A stretch of 64,000 nt of DNA from assembly GCA_035707805.1 (NCBI GenBank), contig DASSTS010000050.1:15492-79491 (forward strand), in the 5' to 3' direction. The position numbers and the translations under genes are program-made. The notes under the pieces were generated by a model. That model did no database searches, was not told the origin of the DNA, and saw only the letters and a list, made by a program, of their open reading frames with translations. Source of the stretch: Castellaniella sp. (GTDB taxonomy: Bacteria > Pseudomonadota > Gammaproteobacteria > Burkholderiales > Burkholderiaceae_B). Position 1 is the stretch's first letter. The number at the start of each line of letters is the position of its first letter. This document shows positions 1 through 9,834 of the stretch, piece by piece.

Positions 1-726
<726 letters not shown>

Positions 727-771
727 GAAGGCCGCCGGGCCACGGCCCGGCGACTCCTGGACGACGACATC

Positions 772-2235
772 ATGGCGAGCATCGGCATCCTGGGCTTTCT
801 GCACGAGACCAATACCTTCGCGCAAGGCACGACGGATCTCGCGCGCTTCGTCGAGGCGGATGCCTGGCCCGGCCTGACCGAGGGCGAGGCGCTGTTCGAG
901 GCCACCCGGGACATGAATCTGGCGGTCAGCGGCTTCATCGCTGCGATGCGCGGCCAGGGGCACCGGCTGGTGCCCCTGCTGTGGTGCTCCGCCAACCCTT
1001 CGGGTCCCGTCGCCGACGCCGCCTTCGAGACCATCGCCGCGCGCCTGCAGGCGCTGCTGCGCCAGGCGGGGCCGCTGGACGCCCTGTTCCTGGACCTGCA
1101 CGGATCCATGGTCACAGAAAGCCTCGACGACGCCGAGGGAGAGCTGCTGCGGCGGCTGCGCGCCGTGACCGGCGATGCCGTGCCCTATGTGGCGGCGCTG
1201 GACTTCCACGCCATCATCACCCAGGCGATGGTGGACCGGACCCAGGCGATGGTCGCCTACCGCAGCTATCCCCACGTCGACATGGCCGAGACCGGCGCGC
1301 GCGCGGCGCGCATGATGCAGGCGCTGCTGGCCGGCGAGACCTTCCACGCCGCCTGGCGCAAGCTGGATTTTCTGGTGTCCATGCCCTGGCAAAGCACGCT
1401 GGGCGACGAGCCGGCCGGCCGCATCATGGCCTGCGCGCGCACGCTGGAAGGCCCCGGCACGCCGGAGGTGCAGTTCATCCCGGGATTCCCGAACTCCGAT
1501 ACGCCGGAGTCCGGCCCCGCCGTGCTGGTCTATGCCCGCAATGCGGCGCGCGCGCGGGAGGCGATGCAGGCGCTGGCGGCGCGCATCGACCAGGAACGGG
1601 ATGCTTTCCGCGGCAGGCTGCATGCGCCGGACGAGGCCGTCCGCCACGTCCTGAGCCGGACCGGACGCCGCCACATTCTCGCCGACACCCAGGACAATCC
1701 CGGGGGCGGCGGGTCGGGAGATACGACGGGCATCCTGCGCGCGCTGCTGGCGCAGGGCTGTCCGGACGCGGCCGTCGCGCTGGTGTGCGACGCGGCATTC
1801 GCCGCGGCGGCGCACCGGGCCGGCATCGGCGCCGTCATCCGCCACCCGCTGGGAGGCCGCAGCCTGCCGGGCGACGTCCCGGTCGAGGGGCCGTTCGAAG
1901 TCCTGGCGCTGGGGGATGGGCGCTTCACAGGCACCGGCCCGTTCTACCTGGGGTGCCGGATGGAGCTGGGCCCGATGGCGCGCGTGCGCACCGGCGGCAT
2001 CGACATCCTGGTGTCCAGCCGCAAGCAGCAGGCGGCGGACCGCGCCATGTTCCGCCACCTGGGCGCCGCGCCCGACGACTACTGCACCCTGGTGCTGAAA
2101 AGCTCGGTCCATTTCCGCGCGGATTTCGGCGACTGGGCCGACGAGATCCTGGTGGTCGAGGCGCCCGGCGCGAACACCGCCGACCTGCGCGAGCTGCGCT
2201 ATGTCCGCCTGCGGCCCGGCGTCGCCATCCTGTGA
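772..2235 (+). CDS. M81 family metallopeptidase (MlrC-like)
   Basis: N-terminal HETNTF, LDLHGSM, DFHA, YPHVD, DNPGGG and KSSVHFRADF motifs typical of MlrC/M81. Confidence 0.88.
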   Translation: MASIGILGFLHETNTFAQGTTDLARFVEADAWPGLTEGEALFEATRDMNLAVSGFIAAMRGQGHRLVPLLWCSANPSGPVADAAFETIAARLQALLRQAGPLDALFLDLHGSMVTESLDDAEGELLRRLRAVTGDAVPYVAALDFHAIITQAMVDRTQAMVAYRSYPHVDMAETGARAARMMQALLAGETFHAAWRKLDFLVSMPWQSTLGDEPAGRIMACARTLEGPGTPEVQFIPGFPNSDTPESGPAVLVYARNAARAREAMQALAARIDQERDAFRGRLHAPDEAVRHVLSRTGRRHILADTQDNPGGGGSGDTTGILRALLAQGCPDAAVALVCDAAFAAAAHRAGIGAVIRHPLGGRSLPGDVPVEGPFEVLALGDGRFTGTGPFYLGCRMELGPMARVRTGGIDILVSSRKQQAADRAMFRHLGAAPDDYCTLVLKSSVHFRADFGDWADEILVVEAPGANTADLRELRYVRLRPGVAIL

Positions 2236-2249
2236 ACCAGCGCCCCGCC

Positions 2250-3065
2250 TCAAGCGCCCCGCGCGCCGTCGCCCCCCGACAGGCAGGCCAGCGCTTGCCG
2301 GTGCAGGCCGGCGTTGGCCGCCGCCAGCACCCGGCCGTCGGAATCCGGGCCCAGCGCCCGCCCCTGCCAGTCAGTGATGACGCCGCCGGCCTCCTGGACG
2401 ACGTTCATCAGCGCCAGGTAGTCATAGGGCATCAGGCCGGATTCCACCACGAGATCGACCCAGCCTCCGGCCAGCTGGGCGTACGCATAGCAGTCGCCGC
2501 CGAAACGGCGCAGATGGACGGCGCGGCCCAGGCGCTCGAAGGCAGGCCGGTCGGCATCGGAAAACAGGTCCGGCGATGTGGTCTGCAGCACGGCCTCGCC
2601 CAGCCGCGCCGTCGCGCGGGTCCGGCACCGTTCGCCGTTCAGCCAGCAGCCGCGCCCGCGGATCCCCACCCAGCGCTCGGCGGTGAGGGGGACGTCAATG
2701 ATGCCGAACACGGGCTGCCGATCCTGCAGGACGGCCAGCAGGCAGCCCCACAGCGGACTGCCGGTAATGAAGCTGCGGGTGCCGTCGATCGGGTCGATGG
2801 ACCACAGGACCGGCGCATCGCCCGCCCGGGTGCCGAATTCTTCGCCCAGGATGCCATGCGCCGGGTAGCGGCGCGCGATCTCGCCGCGCAGGAATTCCTC
2901 GACCGCCCGGTCCGCCACCGTAACGGGGCTGGCATCGGCCTTGAGCTCGACGCCGGGATGATGGCGGAACCAGCGCAGGGCCAGCGCCCGCGCCTGGCCG
3001 GCCAGGCCTTGTGCGAAATCGAGGACTTCGTCGGTCCATGGGGGCGCACTGGGTGAAATCGGCAT
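2250..3065 (-). CDS. Inositol monophosphatase family protein (HisN-like histidinol-phosphatase subfamily)
   Basis: KADASPVTVAD, GEE, DPIDGT and YDYLAL motifs. Start moved to the ATG at 3065 (MPISPS). Confidence 0.85.
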   Translation of the reverse strand: MPISPSAPPWTDEVLDFAQGLAGQARALALRWFRHHPGVELKADASPVTVADRAVEEFLRGEIARRYPAHGILGEEFGTRAGDAPVLWSIDPIDGTRSFITGSPLWGCLLAVLQDRQPVFGIIDVPLTAERWVGIRGRGCWLNGERCRTRATARLGEAVLQTTSPDLFSDADRPAFERLGRAVHLRRFGGDCYAYAQLAGGWVDLVVESGLMPYDYLALMNVVQEAGGVITDWQGRALGPDSDGRVLAAANAGLHRQALACLSGGDGARGA

Positions 3066-3121
3066 TTCAGTTCCTGGCAAGAATAGGGAGCGCCCTGTCG
3101 TGGCGCTGGAAAGCATTCTGA

Positions 3122-3160
3122 ATGTTCTTGCATGTTTTTGCAAATTTCCACAAAATAACA
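3122..3160. promoter_or_regulatory. Putative DeoR-type operator in the divergent IMPase/ABC promoter
   Basis: Tandem 10-mers ATGTTCTTGC (3122-3131) and ATGTTTTTGC (3132-3141) in an AT-rich island. A DeoR gene closes the downstream operon. Confidence 0.4.
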
Positions 3161-3270
3161 ACCACAGGCGCTCCGGCTGATTGGCAGGACCGCAGTACGC
3201 CATGCATCGCCGTAGCGACCCGCCACGATCCGGCATCAGACCGGCTTCCATCACGACGCAGGAGACACGC

Positions 3271-4287
3271 ATGCAACCCACTACACACAAGGCCATGGCC
3301 GCCGCCCTCGCGCTGGCCGGCGCCGGCCTGGTTCAGGCGGCCCACGCCAAACCCCTGACGATCTACACCGCGCTCGAGGACGATGAGGTCAGCGACTACA
3401 TGGCCGCGGCCAAGACCGCGATGCCTGACATCGAATTCCACGTGCTGCGCCTGTCCACCGGCGACATGGCGGCCCGCCTGCTGGCGGAACAGAAAAACCC
3501 GCGCAACGACGTCATCTGGGGATTCGCGGTGACCAACATGCTCGACCCGCGCATCCACGGCGAGCTGATGAAATACGAGCCGGCGGCCGCCGGAAAGCTG
3601 GCCCCCATCTATCGCGGCAAGGACGGCACCTGGTTCGCGGCGACCGGCTACATGGCGGCTTTCTGCGTCAACACCGAACGCCTGAAATCCAAGGGCCTGC
3701 CCATGCCCGCCTCGTGGGAGGACCTGACCAAGCCCGCATACAAGGGCGAGGTCGTGATGCCCAATCCGGCCGCCTCCGGCACCGGCTGGCTGCAGATCGC
3801 GGCCATCCTGCAGGGGCTGGGCGCCGACAAGGGCTGGGACCTGATCAAGGGACTGAACCAGAACATGGCCCAGTACACCAGCTCCGGATCCAAGCCCTGC
3901 AAGATGGCGCGCACCGGCGAATATGCGGTCGGCGTCTCCTTCGCCTTCCCCGCGATGCAGTCGATCGAGGCCGGCTTTCCCGTCAAGATGGTGATCCCGT
4001 CGGACTGGGTCGGCTACGAGCTCGAGGCCTCGGGCATCGTCAAGACCACCCAGAATCCGGAGGACGCCAAGCGCTTCCTGGACTGGACCCTGTCGCCCGA
4101 GGCGGCCGCCCTGTACAAGAAATACAAGGAGATCGTCACAATCCCGGGATCGGAACCATCCGAGCAGCTGTTGAAAGCCGGCCTGCCCAAGGACGTGGAC
4201 AAGGTGCTGTATCCGGTCGACTTCGAGAAATCGGCCGCGCAGCGGGCTGAGATCCTGAAGACCTGGCAGCAGGTCACCGCGCGCTGA
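3271..4287 (+). CDS. ABC transporter substrate-binding protein (PhnS2/Fe3+-polyamine class, putative 2-aminoethylphosphonate-type)
   Basis: Signal peptide ending AAHA; LTIYTALE, STGD, MPNPAASGTG and YTSSGSKPCKMA motifs; GGAG RBS before ATG 3271. Confidence 0.8.
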   Translation: MQPTTHKAMAAALALAGAGLVQAAHAKPLTIYTALEDDEVSDYMAAAKTAMPDIEFHVLRLSTGDMAARLLAEQKNPRNDVIWGFAVTNMLDPRIHGELMKYEPAAAGKLAPIYRGKDGTWFAATGYMAAFCVNTERLKSKGLPMPASWEDLTKPAYKGEVVMPNPAASGTGWLQIAAILQGLGADKGWDLIKGLNQNMAQYTSSGSKPCKMARTGEYAVGVSFAFPAMQSIEAGFPVKMVIPSDWVGYELEASGIVKTTQNPEDAKRFLDWTLSPEAAALYKKYKEIVTIPGSEPSEQLLKAGLPKDVDKVLYPVDFEKSAAQRAEILKTWQQVTAR

Positions 4288-4337
4288 CCGTCGGCGTCCA
4301 TCCACGGGCCGGCGCGCCGGCCTCTTCCGGAGACGGC

Positions 4338-5348
4338 ATGAGCCTGGAACTCTCACACATCCACAAATCGTTCGGCGACTTTCAGGCGCTCAAGGACATC
4401 AGCCTGACGGTCGGCCCGCACGATTTCGTCTGCCTGCTGGGGCCCAGCGGATGCGGCAAGACGACCTTGCTGCGGATCGTCGCCGGACTCCTGCAGGCCG
4501 ACAGCGGCGAGCTGCGGTTCGACGGCCAGGACCTCGGCCGGATGCCGCCCCGGACGCGGAATTTCGGCATCGTCTTCCAGTCCTATTCGCTCTTTCCGAA
4601 CATGACCGTGCGCGACAACATCGCCTACGGCCTGCGCATCCGCAAGCTGCCGGCCGACCAGGTCGCGGGGCGGGTCGACGAGCTGCTGGCCCTGATCCGC
4701 ATTCCCGCCATGGCGGACCGGTACCCCTGGCAGCTCTCCGGCGGGCAGCAGCAGCGTGTCGCCCTGGCGCGGGCGCTGGCCGTCAATCCGCGCCTGATCC
4801 TGCTGGACGAGCCGCTCTCGGCGCTGGACGCCCGGGTGCGCGACGAGATGCGCCACGAGATCCGCGAGGTCCAGCGGCGCCTGAGGATTCCCACCATCAT
4901 GGTGACGCACGACCAGGAAGAGGCGCTGATGCTGGCCGACACCATCGTCTGCATGAACAACGGCGTGATCGAGCAGGTGGGCACCCCCCAGGACCTGTAC
5001 CGCCAGCCGCGCACCCGGTTCGTGGCCGACTTCATCGGCCTGAGCAACCTGCTGCCCGCCGACTGGGTGCAGGCCCATGCCCCCGACGTCCTGGCGCAGG
5101 CGCCGGCGCCCGCCGGCATGGCCGGCGCGATGCTGTGCGTGCGGCCGGAACACGTCCGCCTCACGGTCGACACGTCGGGGCCCGCCGTCATCCAGAACGT
5201 CACGTTCCTGGGCAATCTGTGCCGCATGACCCTGCGCTGGGGAGACCGAGAACTGCTGGCCGAACAGCACGCCGGCGCGGCCTGCCGCGAGGGCGACCGG
5301 GTGCGCCTGGCGATCGATCCCGCCCAGGGCTGCTGGGTCGCCGCCTAG
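4338..5348 (+). CDS. ABC transporter ATP-binding protein (PhnT/PotA class)
   Basis: Walker A GPSGCGKT, signature LSGGQQQR, LLDEP, C-terminal TOBE-like region. Confidence 0.93.
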   Translation: MSLELSHIHKSFGDFQALKDISLTVGPHDFVCLLGPSGCGKTTLLRIVAGLLQADSGELRFDGQDLGRMPPRTRNFGIVFQSYSLFPNMTVRDNIAYGLRIRKLPADQVAGRVDELLALIRIPAMADRYPWQLSGGQQQRVALARALAVNPRLILLDEPLSALDARVRDEMRHEIREVQRRLRIPTIMVTHDQEEALMLADTIVCMNNGVIEQVGTPQDLYRQPRTRFVADFIGLSNLLPADWVQAHAPDVLAQAPAPAGMAGAMLCVRPEHVRLTVDTSGPAVIQNVTFLGNLCRMTLRWGDRELLAEQHAGAACREGDRVRLAIDPAQGCWVAA

Positions 5349-5357
5349 GAGACCGCC

Positions 5358-7055
5358 GTGAGTGCCTCGCCGACCGCCCGCCTCTGCGTCCCGGCCAGCC
5401 GGCCGCGCCCGTCCGCATCGCCCGAACAGTGGCTGATCCGGACCTGCATCGCCATCCCGACCCTGGCCCTGATCCTGTTCTTCGGCTATCCGCTGCTGAC
5501 GATCTTCTGGCAAAGCTTCGTCCAGCTGGACGGCACCCTGGGGCTGGACAACTACGCATCCATCAGTTCCACGCCGGGCCTGATCACGGCGGGGATCAAC
5601 AGTCTCGCGATCAGCGCCAGCACCACCCTGGCCTGCCTGGCACTGGGCTTTCCCATCGCCTATGCGCTGGAACGCGGCGCCATCCGCTTCAAGCCCTGGG
5701 TGCGGCTGAGTCTGCTGCTGCCGCTGCTCGCGCCTTCGCTGGTGCAAGGCCTGGGGCTGCTGTTCCTGCTGGGCCGCAACGGCCTGATCTACCGCTGGAC
5801 GGGGATCGAGCAGAACATCTACGGATACTGGGGGCTGCTGCTGTCGGACGTGTTCTACGCCCTGCCCCAGGCCATCATGATCATCCAGGCCGCGCTGCGC
5901 AACGCCGACGCCCGCTACTACGACGCCGCCACCGTCATGGGCGCAACGCCCGCGCAGCAGTTCTTCCACATCACCCTGCCCAATTGCCGGTTCGGGCTGC
6001 TGAGCGCCGGCTTCGTGGTCTTCACGATCACCATCACGGATTTCGGTAACGCCGCCGTCATCGCCGGGGACTACAAGGTCCTGGCCACCGAGATCTTCAG
6101 CCAGGTGTCCGGCCAGCAGAATTTCGGCATGGGCTCGGTGGTGGGCATCATCCTGCTGCTGCCGGCGCTGCTCTCGGTCTACATCGAGCGGGTGGCCTCA
6201 CAAAAGCAGTTCGGCGGCAGTTCCGAGAACCGCATCCCGCTGCAGCCCGTTCCCTCGCGCTGGCGCGACGCCCTGCTGGGCGCCGTCACCCACCTCTGCT
6301 GCCTGGCGATCTGGGCCATCATCGCGGTCGTGATCTTCGCCAGCTTCGTCAAGCTGTGGCCCTACAACATGAGCCTGACCTTGGCGAACTTCGACGTCAA
6401 TATCTCCACCGGCTACCAGCCGGTCGTGACGACGCTCTACGTCTCGGTGATGGCAGCCCTGATCGGCATCGTGCTGCTCTTCCTGCTGGCCTACGGCGTG
6501 CGCAACCTGGGCGGGCGGCTGGCCAAGGCGGTATACCTGCTGGCCGTCCTGCCGGTGGGCGTGCCCGGCCTGGTGCTGGGCCTGTCCTACATCTTCACCT
6601 TCAACGACCCGTCCTATCCCCTGCACTGGCTGTACGGCACCGCGCTGCTGATCGCGCTCTGCAATTTCTACCACTACCACACCCAGGGATTCCTCACGAT
6701 GGCGACGGGCATGCGCATGGTCCCGCAGGCCCTGGAAGAGGCCGCCGCCTGCCTGGGCGGCCGGGTCCGCCACGTCATGGGCGATGCGATCCTGCCGGTG
6801 ATCGCCCCCACCGTGCTGGCGGTGTTCTTCTTCCTGTTCATGCGGTCCATGGTGACCCTGTCGGCCGTGATCTTCCTGGTCACCCCCCAGCTCAACGTCG
6901 CCGCCGTCTCGGTCATGCACCTGAACGAGGCGGGCTTCGTGTCCCAGGCGGCCGCCTTCTCGACCATCATCATCCTGGTGGTCGCGGCCGCCATGCTGCT
7001 GATGCGGGCGCTGGTCTATTATGTGCGCCCCAACCTGACTCCGGGAATGAACTGA
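5358..7055 (+). CDS. ABC transporter permease (two fused TMDs)
   Basis: About 12 TM segments with two EAA-like loops (YDAATVMGA, EEAAACLGG); GGAG RBS before GTG. Confidence 0.9.
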   Translation: MSASPTARLCVPASRPRPSASPEQWLIRTCIAIPTLALILFFGYPLLTIFWQSFVQLDGTLGLDNYASISSTPGLITAGINSLAISASTTLACLALGFPIAYALERGAIRFKPWVRLSLLLPLLAPSLVQGLGLLFLLGRNGLIYRWTGIEQNIYGYWGLLLSDVFYALPQAIMIIQAALRNADARYYDAATVMGATPAQQFFHITLPNCRFGLLSAGFVVFTITITDFGNAAVIAGDYKVLATEIFSQVSGQQNFGMGSVVGIILLLPALLSVYIERVASQKQFGGSSENRIPLQPVPSRWRDALLGAVTHLCCLAIWAIIAVVIFASFVKLWPYNMSLTLANFDVNISTGYQPVVTTLYVSVMAALIGIVLLFLLAYGVRNLGGRLAKAVYLLAVLPVGVPGLVLGLSYIFTFNDPSYPLHWLYGTALLIALCNFYHYHTQGFLTMATGMRMVPQALEEAAACLGGRVRHVMGDAILPVIAPTVLAVFFFLFMRSMVTLSAVIFLVTPQLNVAAVSVMHLNEAGFVSQAAAFSTIIILVVAAAMLLMRALVYYVRPNLTPGMN

Positions 7056-7057
7056 CG

Positions 7058-7822
7058 ATGTGGGCCGAAGCACGCCACCAGAAGATCCGTTCGCTGCTGC
7101 AGCGCCATGAGCGCATCAAGACGGAACACGCCATGCGCGAACTGGGCGTCTCGCGCGAGACCGTCCGGCGCGATTTTCTCGAGATGGAGGCCCTGGGCCT
7201 GCTGCAGCGGGTGCACGGCGGCGCGGTCCACCTGAGCGACGAGCCGCCCCTGGACAAGCGCAACACCATCCACGTGGCCGCCAAGAAGGCCATCGCCCGG
7301 GCGGTCGCACAGCAGTTGCGCCCCCCCGCCACCCTGTTCATGGACGCGGGCAGTACCACGACGATCCTGGCTCGCGAACTGGCGCAGTTCAGCGGCCTGA
7401 CCCTGATCACGAATTCGCTGAGCGCGGCCGCGTGCTTCGCCGAAGCCCGGCCGCAGCCCGACACCCAGATCATCATCCTGCCGGGCGCGCTGAACACCGG
7501 GCTGTTCTCGACCACCGGCACATCGACCGTCCTGCGGATCCAGGACTTCCATGCCGACATCGCCCTGCTGTCGCCGGTGGCCGTCAACGCCCGCCAGGGG
7601 GCATCCAGTTTCCTGCACGACGAGGCGGTGATCGCGCGCGCCATGTCGGAGAACGCCGACGAGACCTGGATCCTTGCCGACCACAGCAAGATCGGGTCTT
7701 CCAGCCGCGAGACATTCTGCCCCGCCGGACGCATCGACCGGCTGTTCTGCAACCAGGCGGCGCGCGACCTGGAGGAATACGAGGCGCTACGGGACCAGGT
7801 CGGCGACGTCGTCCTGGCCTGA
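7058..7822 (+). CDS. DeoR/GlpR family transcriptional regulator
   Basis: HTH VSRETVRRD, RVHGGA, DAGST, TNS and ADHSK motifs. ATG lies 2 nt after the permease stop. Confidence 0.92.
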   Translation: MWAEARHQKIRSLLQRHERIKTEHAMRELGVSRETVRRDFLEMEALGLLQRVHGGAVHLSDEPPLDKRNTIHVAAKKAIARAVAQQLRPPATLFMDAGSTTTILARELAQFSGLTLITNSLSAAACFAEARPQPDTQIIILPGALNTGLFSTTGTSTVLRIQDFHADIALLSPVAVNARQGASSFLHDEAVIARAMSENADETWILADHSKIGSSSRETFCPAGRIDRLFCNQAARDLEEYEALRDQVGDVVLA

Positions 7823-9694
7823 GTCGGTCACCAGGCGATCCCGGCCCGTGTCCTTGGCCAGGTACAGGCACTCGTCCGCCCGGCGAAACAGCGACTGCGG
7901 CGTATCGCCGGGCCGCCACGCCGCCGCCCCGGCGCTGAGAGTGAGCGGCACACGCCCGCCCTCGCCCAGATCGACGGAATTCCGCCGGACGTGGTCGAGC
8001 ACTCCCCGCACCAGCGCGGCCGCGTCCGCCAGGCTCGTGCCCGGCAGCAGGGCCACGAACTCCTCGCCGCCGAACCGGGCCAGGACGTCGGACTTGCGCC
8101 GCAGCAGGTTGCGCAGGACCTCGGCGACCCATTTCAGCACCGCGTCGCCCGCGTCATGCCCGTAGAGATCGTTGACCCGCTTGAAATGATCCAGGTCGAA
8201 CACCACCAGGACCATCTGCGGATCGAGCCCCTGGGTGGACTGATCCAGCATTTCGTCCAGCGCCTCGTCCAGGCCGCGCCGGTTCAGCAGGCTGGTCAGC
8301 GGATCCTGCCGCGTCAGCTCGCGCAACTGCTGGTTCGCCTGCTGCAGGGCGCCCATGGTGGCCCTGAGATCGGCCGTGCGGGACTGCACCTCGCGCTGCA
8401 GCGCGGAGCGGGCGGACGACTCGATCCGCAGCGCTCGGTCCAGCAGGCCGCGCAGCCGCACGATCTCGGCATAGGTCAGCAGGAAGATCTGGGCGCCCAC
8501 CGCGGCCTGCATCCAGCGCTCCTGCGCCATGAATCCGGGCATGTAGCCGAAGGCCGCCAGGCCGTAGAGCAGGAACCCGACGTAGAACACCAGCCAGGAC
8601 GCCACGTACCAGCGCGCCCCGCGGCTGCCGCGCCCGGCCTGGAGGATGCCCACGGCCAGCATGGCGAGGACCGCGACCAGGGCATAGACGGTATTGACCT
8701 TGACCATGACGGAATACGGCACCCAGAAGCAGGCCGCCAGCAGCGCCGCCCCCATGGCGAAGAAACCCTTGAGCCATTGCATCTGGCGGCTGTCCCGGAC
8801 GTCCAGAAAATGCCGCGTGAACGCCAGCAGGCTGAGAATGGCGAGAACCTCGGTCAGGGGAACGGCCAGGTTGGCCAGCCGCGGGGAATCCGGCCAGAGA
8901 TACTGGAAGCCGAGCCCCGACATCGAGGTCAGGAACAATCCGGCGCAGACGATGTAGGCCGCGTTGTAGAAGGGTTGCGGTTTCCTGAGGCGCAGGAACA
9001 GCGTCAGGTTGAAGACCGCCAGCAACAGCATCCCGCCCAGGAACAGGCCATGGGCGAGGGCCTGGTCCTGGGTTTCGGTCAGGGCCGACTGCGCCGTATG
9101 CAGGGACAGGGGAATGTTGATCGCCCCGCTGCTGTGGACCCGGATCACCACGCCCAGCGACTGTCCCGGCCGGAAGGTCAGCGGCAGCAGGAACAGGCGG
9201 TGGCGCACCGGCCTGGCGGCAAAGGGCCGGCCGTCGCCCATGCGCGCGGTGCCCACCAGCGCGGAAGCCACGCCCGAGGCGGCGGCGCGGTCCAGGTCGT
9301 AGATCCAGAAATCGACCTCGTCGAGCAGCGGATAGTCCAGCCGCAGGAACCACATACGGTCGGCGCCGTCGGCATTGCGCAGGGGCAGATACACCCAGTA
9401 GGCCGCCCGCGTATGGGTGAAGACCAGCTGGTCCGCGTCGCGACGCTGGACCGGCCAGCGCCCGCTGAGCACGTCCTCGGGCGCCAGGGTGCGGCGCTCG
9501 TCCTGCACGTAGCAGACATTGCGCAGCGAGGTGAGATCCGGCCGCATCGCGGCCAGCACCCGTACCGGGCAGGCGGCCGCCAGCGGCTGCGCCGACGCGG
9601 GGATGGCGCCGGACACGCACAGCAGGAGCAGCAGCATCCGCAGCCATCCCAATCCACGGTGCGCCCGCGCCTCGCACCCCGCCAAACCCGCCAT
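7787..9694 (-). CDS. 7TMR-DISM diguanylate cyclase
   Basis: Periplasmic DISMED2-like region (YWV...DYPLLDEVDFW), 7TM region, coiled coil, DPLT, RKSD I-site and GGEEF. Start codon uncertain. Confidence 0.88.
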   Translation of the reverse strand: MAGLAGCEARAHRGLGWLRMLLLLLCVSGAIPASAQPLAAACPVRVLAAMRPDLTSLRNVCYVQDERRTLAPEDVLSGRWPVQRRDADQLVFTHTRAAYWVYLPLRNADGADRMWFLRLDYPLLDEVDFWIYDLDRAAASGVASALVGTARMGDGRPFAARPVRHRLFLLPLTFRPGQSLGVVIRVHSSGAINIPLSLHTAQSALTETQDQALAHGLFLGGMLLLAVFNLTLFLRLRKPQPFYNAAYIVCAGLFLTSMSGLGFQYLWPDSPRLANLAVPLTEVLAILSLLAFTRHFLDVRDSRQMQWLKGFFAMGAALLAACFWVPYSVMVKVNTVYALVAVLAMLAVGILQAGRGSRGARWYVASWLVFYVGFLLYGLAAFGYMPGFMAQERWMQAAVGAQIFLLTYAEIVRLRGLLDRALRIESSARSALQREVQSRTADLRATMGALQQANQQLRELTRQDPLTSLLNRRGLDEALDEMLDQSTQGLDPQMVLVVFDLDHFKRVNDLYGHDAGDAVLKWVAEVLRNLLRRKSDVLARFGGEEFVALLPGTSLADAAALVRGVLDHVRRNSVDLGEGGRVPLTLSAGAAAWRPGDTPQSLFRRADECLYLAKDTGRDRLVTDSGQDDVADLVP

Positions 9695-9834
9695 CTTCCG
9701 TCAGGCCCCCCTTGAAACGTATCAGGGTTAAGCTGCATCAATGCATTATGCATGGGAACCCGATGCCACGCGACCTTGCGGGTCGTGGTAGGCTAAAGAG
9801 TTCTTCCGCCCGTCCCTTTTTCCCGGATCCGATC

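Noticed and set aside
3271-7055. Firm phnSTUV assignment
   Set aside because: No phosphonate catabolic genes are nearby, and the substrate cannot be fixed from sequence.
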